A program made the translations under genes and the position numbers. Under the pieces are notes generated by a model that had not been told where the DNA came from, did not search any database, and saw only the letters and a program-made list of their open reading frames with translations. A stretch of 24,000 nucleotides of DNA from Methanotrichaceae archaeon (lineage in GTDB: Archaea > Halobacteriota > Methanosarcinia > Methanotrichales > Methanotrichaceae). Positions 17,305 through 23,749 of this stretch are shown here, one piece after another (position 1 is the stretch's first letter; every line of letters starts with the position of its first letter). The stretch spans positions 177,889 through 201,888 of the forward strand of contig CAVWIG010000028.1 of NCBI GenBank assembly GCA_963754945.1. The letters are read 5' to 3'.

Positions 17305-19242
17305 TCAGAGGCTGGCCCTGAGGCAAGCCTTATCCAACTCTTTATCTTTGATGTGCCCGTTGGGCTTAGTAATGAAGTAGGTGTAACCCTTCAGCGTCCT
17401 GTTGAGCTGTGCTTCGATCTGCTCCAGCTCCTTCTTGTCGATACACTGCTTCTTCTCCACGCATCGGTCCATGATCTCCCAGATGTAGTCCTTGGTCTCG
17501 TAGTTGAAGAAGTCAAGCAGCTTCCTGCAGGTGTCGCCTTCCACCTTCTGGCAGATATACCAGTTGTCCCGCTCCACCATAACATGCACCTCGTGGGCAC
17601 TTCCCAGCAGGTTGTGAAAGTCCCCCAGTGTATCCTGATAGGCGCCCAGAAGGAAGATGCCCATGTAGTAGTCCTCGTTCTCCATAATGGTGTGCATCTC
17701 CAGGTACTCCAGGCCCTCGCTATCGCCGGCGTACCGTTTGACCTCGCCGTCTGAGTCACACGTGATGTCCACTATCCGGCCTCGTTCGCTCGGCATCTCG
17801 TTGTGCCGGTGCAGAGGAATGGTGGGAAAGATCTGCTCCACTCCCCACATGTCTGGGACGGATTGAAAGAGGGAGAAGTTTCCGATGTACTTCTGGCTCA
17901 CCAGCTTCTTAAGCTCCTGGAATTCCTCAGAATCGTCCTCTGTCTGCTTGGCCAGGAAGGCTGCCTTCTTGCAGACCATCCAGAAGAGCGTTTCTCCCTT
18001 GGCCCTTTCCTCCAGGCCGATGTTGCCCAGAATGAATGAATCGTAAAGCTCGTCCCTGTACTGCAGGGCGTCGTGGTAGTGCTCTTTGTAGTTGTCTATG
18101 TCGATCTCCTTGAAAGCACAGCAGAGATCCTCGATCTGTATAGGGTCCTCGGTTCCCCGGGACTTTAGAAGGGAATCCTTGGCGTTCTTTTTCCCTATTA
18201 CTTTGAAGATGAGCATGGCGTGATAGGCCGCTATGGCCCTTCCACTCTCGGAGACAATAGTCGGGCAGGGCACATCTTCCTCTTCACAGATCTTCTGTAC
18301 GGCATAAACAACGTCGTTGGCGTACTCCTGGAGGGAGTAATTGGCGCTCGAAGGCGTGGCAGTGTTGGAACCGTTGTAGTCCACGGAGAGACCGCCCCCG
18401 ACATTCAGGTACTCGATCTTGGCCATCTTGCGAGCTTTGGCATAGATTCTGGCCGCCTCGTTCATGGCGTTCTTGATGGTCCTTATGTCAGTAATCTGCG
18501 AACCGATGTGGAAGTGGATCATCATAAGACTGTCCAGGAGGCCCTTCTCTCTCAGTATCTTCATCAGTTCCAAGGCTTCGCTTGTGGACAGGCCGAACTT
18601 GGCCGACTCTCCACCCGATTCGACCCAGCGGCCCGAGCCCCTGGCAAAGAGCTTGACCCTCATGCCGATCCTGGGGGTTATGCCCATCTCCTCTGCGTAC
18701 TTCAGGATGTCATTGGCTTCCTCAAAGAGGTCAACAACTATTACAATATTATTCACGCTGTGGACGCTCAGGGCTAGGCGCAGATAATCCTCGTCCTTAT
18801 ATCCGTTGCAGATCAGAAGGGCATCCTTTGGCAGACCTAAGGACAGAGCTGCCAACAGCTCAGCCTTAGTGCCCACTTCGAGGCCGATTTTATACTTGGC
18901 TCCGTGCTTAATGATGTACTCGATGACCTCTTTCCTTTGGTTGACTTTCATGGGAAAGATCGGCTGATATGTGCCCTTGTAGGAGAACTCCTCTATAGCT
19001 CCCAAGAATGATCCCGTGATCTCATCGATCCTGTCTTCCAACATTTGAGGAAAGCGTAAAAGTACGGGAAACTCCAGATCTTTGGATTTCTCAATCTCTT
19101 CGATGAGATCCATGGCGTCTATGCTGCGAGAACGGTCCTTGTTGGGAAGAATGATGATATTGCCCTTATCATTTACTGAAAAATAGCCGTTGCCCCAATT
19201 CTCAACTCCGTAGAGGTCGATGGAATCCTCAACCTTCCACAT
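17305..19242 (-). CDS. speA: Biosynthetic arginine decarboxylase (PLP-dependent, SpeA type)
   Basis: The track start 19299 is a GTG. ATG 19242 gives MWKVEDSIDLYGVENWGNGYFSVNDKGNIIILP..., the canonical SpeA N-terminus. Also present are FPVLLRFPQMLEDRI, FPMKVNQRKEVIE (PLP lysine region), HFHIGSQITD and ESGRAIAAYHAML. The product is about 645 aa. Confidence 0.9.
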   Translation of the reverse strand: MWKVEDSIDLYGVENWGNGYFSVNDKGNIIILPNKDRSRSIDAMDLIEEIEKSKDLEFPVLLRFPQMLEDRIDEITGSFLGAIEEFSYKGTYQPIFPMKVNQRKEVIEYIIKHGAKYKIGLEVGTKAELLAALSLGLPKDALLICNGYKDEDYLRLALSVHSVNNIVIVVDLFEEANDILKYAEEMGITPRIGMRVKLFARGSGRWVESGGESAKFGLSTSEALELMKILREKGLLDSLMMIHFHIGSQITDIRTIKNAMNEAARIYAKARKMAKIEYLNVGGGLSVDYNGSNTATPSSANYSLQEYANDVVYAVQKICEEEDVPCPTIVSESGRAIAAYHAMLIFKVIGKKNAKDSLLKSRGTEDPIQIEDLCCAFKEIDIDNYKEHYHDALQYRDELYDSFILGNIGLEERAKGETLFWMVCKKAAFLAKQTEDDSEEFQELKKLVSQKYIGNFSLFQSVPDMWGVEQIFPTIPLHRHNEMPSERGRIVDITCDSDGEVKRYAGDSEGLEYLEMHTIMENEDYYMGIFLLGAYQDTLGDFHNLLGSAHEVHVMVERDNWYICQKVEGDTCRKLLDFFNYETKDYIWEIMDRCVEKKQCIDKKELEQIEAQLNRTLKGYTYFITKPNGHIKDKELDKACLRASL

Positions 19243-19453
19243 TGGTTCTGACCTCACCAAGTAGTCTTGAAAAATCTTTACTACCCACGTTTCCAACACA
19301 TGAGACGAATTCTTGATTATTAGACATATGACCCATTATCTCCCCATCATAAGATCGGCTGATAGTATCGAATCTGGATTTAGGGGCCCTTTTGATATAT
19401 AAACCCCGTGTAGAGAGCTTCGTCCTGGTTTCAGTGGAGGGGAAGCTTTCAAG

Positions 19454-20572
19454 ATGGATAATCTTAAACGTCTCGAAGCTAATTTCAGCTCAAGAACTTC
19501 ACCGGCAAGAATTCACAAGAACAGTTTTCAGAGGGATGAAATGGATCAAGGTCATGGCTTCATGTGCAATAGCGAGAAGATAAGGACTACGATACCGGTT
19601 AAGGACCGGAACGTGTCAGATCTGGTAAAGGACATGGGATGCATGGGGTTTCAGGGAGGGCAGCTAGGGGCATCCCTGCGAGTATGGGAACGCATGCTTG
19701 ACGAGGATGTGACTATCTTCCTAGGACTAGCAGGAGCGATGGTTCCAGCCGGATTGGGCGAGTTCATAGCCTATCTAATTCGGGAGCGCCTTGTAGACTG
19801 CCTTGTCAGCACCGGAGCAAACCTCTTTCACGACCTATGCGAGGGCCTGGGGATAGTCCATTATCATGGAAGCGCTTGTGCAGATGACGCCTACTTGAAT
19901 GAGTGCAAGATCGACAGGATCTATGACGTCTTCGTATCAGAGATAGAGCTGCACAAGGCCGACAATTACATATCCGACTTCGTGAAGGCTCTGAGCAGAG
20001 AGCGTCGCTACTCTTCGCGCGAGCTCATGCACATGGTGGGAAAGGATCTGCCAGACACAACGATACTTGGGGCTGCGCACAAAGCCAACGTGCCTATATT
20101 CGTTCCGGCTCTGGGAGATAGCTCCTGGGGAATAGGGATGGTCATGGCCTACCGTGAAGGCCAGAAGGTTATGGTTGATCAGATCAAGGACGTGGACGAG
20201 ATCACGCAAATGGTAGAGAGATCCTCTAAAACCGGCGTGATCTACATCGGCGGAGGCGTACCTAAGAACTTCATACAGCAGACAGAAGTGATAGCCGAGC
20301 TGATCGGCAACTACTCAGGCGGCCACAGCTATGCTATTCAGTACACCACAGATGCGCCGCACTGGGGAGGACTTTCTGGCTGCACTTTTGAGGAGGCAGT
20401 CTCCTGGGGCAAGGTGGCAAAGGAGGCGAGCAAGGTGCAGGTCTTCTCCGATGCCACTATAACTGTGCCTGTAGTAGTCCAGGCCTTGAAAGCCTCGGGC
20501 CATGGGCGAAAGAGTCATCCGGTTTATGATTGGACTGAGTCAGACCTGAAGCTCAAATATGAGAGAAGATGA
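19454..20572 (+). CDS. dys: Deoxyhypusine synthase
   Basis: Motifs present are FLGLAGAMVPAGL, STGANLFHD, IDRIYDVF, IYIGGGVPKNFIQQ, and GGLSGCTFEEAVSWGKV containing the catalytic lysine. The start is uncertain: ATG 19454 (GGAGGGG about 11 nt upstream), 19541 (GAGGGA 5 nt upstream) or 19562. The later starts give a length more typical of archaeal enzymes. Confidence 0.88.
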   Translation: MDNLKRLEANFSSRTSPARIHKNSFQRDEMDQGHGFMCNSEKIRTTIPVKDRNVSDLVKDMGCMGFQGGQLGASLRVWERMLDEDVTIFLGLAGAMVPAGLGEFIAYLIRERLVDCLVSTGANLFHDLCEGLGIVHYHGSACADDAYLNECKIDRIYDVFVSEIELHKADNYISDFVKALSRERRYSSRELMHMVGKDLPDTTILGAAHKANVPIFVPALGDSSWGIGMVMAYREGQKVMVDQIKDVDEITQMVERSSKTGVIYIGGGVPKNFIQQTEVIAELIGNYSGGHSYAIQYTTDAPHWGGLSGCTFEEAVSWGKVAKEASKVQVFSDATITVPVVVQALKASGHGRKSHPVYDWTESDLKLKYERR

Positions 20573-20597
20573 GCATTCAAAATATGAGAGAATGATG

Positions 20598-20648
20598 CGA
20601 GAATATGAGCGTATTCAAAACCGCCATATTCTCGATGCATAATTTTTG
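20598..20648 (+). terminator. Hairpin plus T-run downstream of dys
   Basis: A perfect 10-bp inverted repeat, CGAGAATATG (20598-20607) and CATATTCTCG (20625-20634), is followed by ATGCATAATTTTTG. Confidence 0.45.
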
Positions 20649-20798
20649 TGCGCTCTCTTACGCTACTGATTGATGACTGTTCCTTGAGCCTAGAATAACA
20701 AATCAAGACCCCTTTTTGCGCTGAAACCTCTCGAGAAGACGGCTAACAGAAAAGAATCAATGGAAGGTAGCTGATTTCTGAAAATGCGTAGTTGTGCA

Positions 20799-20873
20799 TG
20801 GGGCCGGGACCGGGATTCGAACCCAGCTCGAGGGATCCACAGTCCCTCAGGATAACCACTACCCTATCCCGGC
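20799..20873 (-). tRNA. tRNA-His (anticodon GUG), with CCA encoded and G-1 not encoded
   Basis: The minus strand folds as GCCGGGA-TA-GGGT-AGTGGTTA-TCCT-G-AGGGA-CTGTGGA-TCCCT-CGAG-CTGGG-TTCGAAT-CCCGG-TCCCGGC-C-CCA. The anticodon loop is CU-GUG-GA and the discriminator is C73. The genomic base at position -1 is C. Confidence 0.9.
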
Positions 20874-20900
20874 GCGCCAGGGTTTTGACTCACTGCTGAG

Positions 20901-20916
20901 AGATAAAACTTTCCCC
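20901..20916 (-). promoter_or_regulatory. BRE/TATA-like promoter block upstream of tRNA-His
   Basis: The minus strand reads GGGGAAAGTTTTATCT, with 27 nt between the end of the TATA-like block and the mature tRNA 5' end. Confidence 0.4.
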
Positions 20917-21124
20917 GTCCGCGTAGGACCAATTTGCTACTTTCCATGGATTACAGGGTTACCAAATGTTTATGCAACGACACAACCAGGAAGCGCGGAG
21001 ATATCCACCAGCCGGTGTCAGACGAATTCAGTTTGTCATCGATAGATGAACTCAACTATCTTTTCCTTACACAATTTAGGAATCTGATATTGATTCATGT
21101 CTGAACCTGAGTATCGGGAAATGA

Positions 21125-21190
21125 AATGAGAAAAGGAGGGATAGCAAAAGTCAGTGATGTAGGAGGGATATGGTGACCGACTTTTGCCTT
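21125..21190 (-). ncRNA. Candidate small RNA, repeat unit 1 (hairpin with CCUCC loop and tail)
   Basis: On the minus strand a 10-bp stem pairs GGCAAAAGUC (21188-21179) with GACUUUUGCU (21152-21143), including one G-U pair. The 26-nt loop contains CCCUCCUAC (complement of 21161-21167). The tail AUCCCUCCUUUUCUCAUUU could act as a terminator. Boundaries are +/- 5 nt. Confidence 0.45.
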
Positions 21191-21211
21191 GTGCTATTAC
21201 GTCACTTGCCG

Positions 21212-21227
21212 ATTATAAAGTTTTCGG
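21212..21227 (-). promoter_or_regulatory. BRE/TATA-like promoter of repeat unit 1
   Basis: The minus strand reads CCGAAAA-CTTTATAAT, then a 23-nt spacer, then the first G of the hairpin. Confidence 0.45.
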
Positions 21228-21390
21228 TTAAGGCGATCAGCGTACTTAGCATCAGCATTTGGGATCGATTGTTTTCTCAAGAATATAAAAGCAAAGCTAG
21301 ATGTTAGGGGTTGTTTTGACTTTTCAGATGTAGCACTAAAGGAGGCGAATATCCCACAGTGGCCCTCGAAAAATCACCTTTGAGAACTCC

Positions 21391-21466
21391 AAAATCCAAT
21401 AATGAATAAGAGGGAGGCAAAAGTCTGTGGTGTAGGAGGGAGAAAATAGATATCGACTTTTACCTA
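21391..21466 (-). ncRNA. Candidate small RNA, repeat unit 2
   Basis: On the minus strand an 11-bp stem pairs AGGUAAAAGUC (21465-21455) with GACUUUUGCCU (21426-21416), including a U-G wobble that would be a C-A mismatch in plus sense. The 28-nt loop contains CCCUCCUAC (complement of 21434-21440). The tail is CCCUCUUAUUCAUUAUUGGAUUUU. Confidence 0.45.
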
Positions 21467-21486
21467 ATCTTAGTACGGCATATGAC

Positions 21487-21502
21487 GATATAAATCTTTC
21501 GG
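21487..21502 (-). promoter_or_regulatory. BRE/TATA-like promoter of repeat unit 2
   Basis: The minus strand reads CCGAAAG-ATTTATATC, then a 22-nt spacer, then the hairpin. Confidence 0.45.
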
Positions 21503-21574
21503 TAAGTATGCAAGAAAGCATAAGCTCGCAAATTTCCTGAAGGATTAATCAGTTGCAGACATCATTCATGGATA

Positions 21575-21637
21575 TGAAAAGGAGGGGGAGCAAAAGTCAG
21601 GGAACGTAGAAGGATGATTATGATTGCCTTTTGCCTG
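21575..21637 (-). ncRNA. Candidate small RNA, repeat unit 3 (more diverged)
   Basis: On the minus strand an 8-bp stem pairs GGCAAAAG (21635-21628) with CUUUUGCU (21596-21589), including one G-U pair. The 31-nt loop carries CCUUCUAC in place of CCCUCCUAC. The tail is CCCCCUCCUUUUCAU. Confidence 0.4.
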
Positions 21638-21659
21638 TGGATAGTTACGGCGTTAAACG

Positions 21660-21675
21660 AATATATAGTTTTCGC
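21660..21675 (-). promoter_or_regulatory. BRE/TATA-like promoter of repeat unit 3
   Basis: The minus strand reads GCGAAAA-CTATATATT, then a 24-nt spacer, then the hairpin. Confidence 0.4.
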
Positions 21676-21864
21676 CAATCGACGTACATAGATATCAGAC
21701 AGCCATAGAAGGACAGATATCCACAACAGTAATATTGACAGAGACACAAAGAACAATATGTTTATGAGAACCATAGGCGGCCTTCTTCGACGCCTCGGCT
21801 TTTCGGAGTGGCCGGGAATAGCGACATGAAAAAAGAACCATTAAATTGAGCGGACGCTAGTGAA

Positions 21865-22806
21865 ATGATGATTTACACCATTACCCTCAACCCTGCCCTG
21901 GACAGGACCATCTGGATTGATAGAATAAGGGACGATGTGTCCAATCGCATCATCGATGAACGGAGATACGCGGGGGGCAAGAGCATAGACGTCTCCAAGG
22001 TGTTGAAGAACTTCGGCGTAGACAACATCGCCCTCGGGTTTGTTGGCGGGTTCGCGGGAAGGGAGCTGGAGGGCAGGTTGCTCAACGATGGGATACAGAC
22101 AAACTTTGTTCGTGTCTCAGGTGAGACCCGTACCAACATCATAATACATGAAAAAGAGACCGGCAGACAACTCGCCTTCAACGCCCTTGGTCCTGAGATT
22201 CGTCCCAGCGAGCTGATGCAGCTCGTAGAGCAGATAGAGCTTCTTCCCTGTCCAGATGTTGTGACCATAGGAGGCAGCCTGCCACCCGGCGTCAGCCCTG
22301 AGATCTACCGCAAGATAATAATGTTGGTCGGCAGATGTCGAGCCCGTGTTGTCCTGGACGTGGATGGCCCTGGCCTCCTTTCTGGTATCAAGGCCCATCC
22401 CAACATCATCAAGCCAAACATTCACGAACTTAGTGAGCTGGTGGGGCACGATCTGAAGGAGATGAACGAGATAGTCGAAGCGGCCAGGCAGATAAACAGG
22501 GATGGTGTGGAGGTTGTCTTAGTTTCCATGGGCGCAAAGGGGATTCTGCTTGTTGCTAAGGGAGTTGAATGCGTCGCTATACCTCCTGAGGTAAAGGTGG
22601 AGAACACCATTGGTGCAGGGGACTCGGCGGTGGCAGGGTTCGTCTACGGCCTGGTCAACGGCAAAGACCTGAAGGAGTCACTTGTTCTTGCTGCCGCCGC
22701 AGGGACGGCTACGACTTTGCGTTTGGGAACCGCGTTGTCCAAGAAAGAGGATTTCCTCAATCTGGTTCCCCAGGTTAGGCTTAACGTATTGCAGGGCGGT
22801 GCTTGA
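21865..22806 (+). CDS. pfkB: PfkB-family sugar-phosphate kinase (1-phosphofructokinase / tagatose-6-phosphate kinase type)
   Basis: 313 aa. The N-terminus MMIYTITLNPALDRTIWIDRI...GGKSIDVSKVL is typical of FruK/LacC. The C-terminal TIGAGDSAVAGFVYGL is the PfkB signature. The stop codon lies 1 nt before the aldolase ATG. Confidence 0.88.
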   Translation: MMIYTITLNPALDRTIWIDRIRDDVSNRIIDERRYAGGKSIDVSKVLKNFGVDNIALGFVGGFAGRELEGRLLNDGIQTNFVRVSGETRTNIIIHEKETGRQLAFNALGPEIRPSELMQLVEQIELLPCPDVVTIGGSLPPGVSPEIYRKIIMLVGRCRARVVLDVDGPGLLSGIKAHPNIIKPNIHELSELVGHDLKEMNEIVEAARQINRDGVEVVLVSMGAKGILLVAKGVECVAIPPEVKVENTIGAGDSAVAGFVYGLVNGKDLKESLVLAAAAGTATTLRLGTALSKKEDFLNLVPQVRLNVLQGGA

Positions 22807-22807
22807 T

Positions 22808-23737
22808 ATGACTAAAGAGAAAATACCTGTTCTTTTGGATGTTCCAGCAGAGATGCGCCAGAGGTTCAGAAAGAACTACGTCAAGATCACAAAGGGCTCC
22901 GGGAGGCTAATGCTCTATGCAGGAGACCAGAAGGTGGAGCACTTAAACGACGACTTTTTCGGTCCTGGGATAGCTCCTGAGGATAACGATCCTGAACATC
23001 TTTTCATGATAGCAAGCCGGGCCCGAATAGGCGTCTATGCGACTCAAATGGGCCTGATTGCCAGGTACGGCACTGATTACCCGGAAGTGCCCTATCTGGT
23101 GAAGCTTAACTCCAAGACAAACCTCGTGAAGACCTCAGAGGCTGATCCATTCAGCTCCCAGTGGCTGGACGTCCAACAAGTCGATGACTTCCGAGAAGAG
23201 AGCGGCCTGAAGATCCTGGGAGTGGGGTATACCGTCTATCTCGGAAGCGATCATGAGGCGGAGATTCTGCGCCAGGCAGCGCAGCTTGTCTACGAAGCCC
23301 ACCGGCTTGGATATGTTACCGTCCTTTGGATGTACCCGCGGGGCAGGGCTGTTAAAGACGAAAAAGATCCGCACCTGGTCGCCGGGGCAGCCGGCGTTGC
23401 AGCCGCGCTAGGTAGCGACTTTGCCAAGGTCAACTACCCAGAGAAGCCGGGGTTTGAATCTAGCCAGGTGTTCAAGGAGGCTGTGCAGGCTGCAGGCAGG
23501 ACCAAGGTGGTTTGCGCCGGAGGGGCGAGCCTCGATGTGAAGTCCTTCCTGCAGCGGCTCCACGACCAGATCCATATCAGTGGTGCCTCAGGAAATGCCA
23601 CGGGCAGGAACATCCACCAGAAGCCTCTGGACGAAGCAATCAGGTTCAGCAACGCCATCTACGCCATTACCGTGGAGGACGCAAGCGTCGAGGCAGCCTT
23701 GAAGATATATAATTCAGAGATAAATTCAGAGAATTAA
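22808..23737 (+). CDS. Class I fructose-bisphosphate aldolase family protein (DhnA/FbaB, COG1830)
   Basis: The track ORF starts at 22682 inside pfkB; the real start is ATG 22808 (MTKEKIPVLLDVPAEM...). The segments PYLVKLNSKTNL, GYTVYLGSDHEAEILRQAAQLVYEAHRLGYVTVLWMYPRG and SDFAKVNYP (Schiff-base Lys region) parallel E. coli FbaB as I remember it. Confidence 0.85.
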   Translation: MTKEKIPVLLDVPAEMRQRFRKNYVKITKGSGRLMLYAGDQKVEHLNDDFFGPGIAPEDNDPEHLFMIASRARIGVYATQMGLIARYGTDYPEVPYLVKLNSKTNLVKTSEADPFSSQWLDVQQVDDFREESGLKILGVGYTVYLGSDHEAEILRQAAQLVYEAHRLGYVTVLWMYPRGRAVKDEKDPHLVAGAAGVAAALGSDFAKVNYPEKPGFESSQVFKEAVQAAGRTKVVCAGGASLDVKSFLQRLHDQIHISGASGNATGRNIHQKPLDEAIRFSNAIYAITVEDASVEAALKIYNSEINSEN

Positions 23738-23749
23738 CCTGAGGACAAT

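Noticed and set aside
17353-18787. Several 78-185-aa ORFs on both strands inside the speA region (17353..17754+, 17391..17759-, 17803..18039+, 18220..18777+, 18464..18787+)
   Set aside because: All overlap the 645-aa SpeA frame, which carries strong family motifs. The translations are compositionally biased and match no family.
21100-21700. Possibility that the repeats are a CRISPR array
   Set aside because: The units are about 100+ nt with irregular spacing; the TATA blocks are about 275 and 173 nt apart. They are only partly conserved and each carries a promoter-like block. There are no short 25-40-nt identical repeats with unique spacers, and no cas genes in the window.
21336-21774. Minus-strand ORFs of 61 aa (21336..21521) and 70 aa (21562..21774) across repeat units 2 and 3, considered as paralogous small proteins
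   Set aside because: The shared nucleotide motifs are read in different frames in the two ORFs: CGAAA is read as (ac)C-GAA-A(ga) in unit 2 but as (g)CG-AAA in unit 3. Unit 1 has no equivalent ORF. The similarity is therefore at the DNA/RNA level, not the protein level.
22682-22807. N-terminal extension of the aldolase ORF
   Set aside because: It overlaps the 3' end of pfkB in another frame. ATG 22808 directly follows the pfkB stop, and the conserved aldolase sequence begins there.
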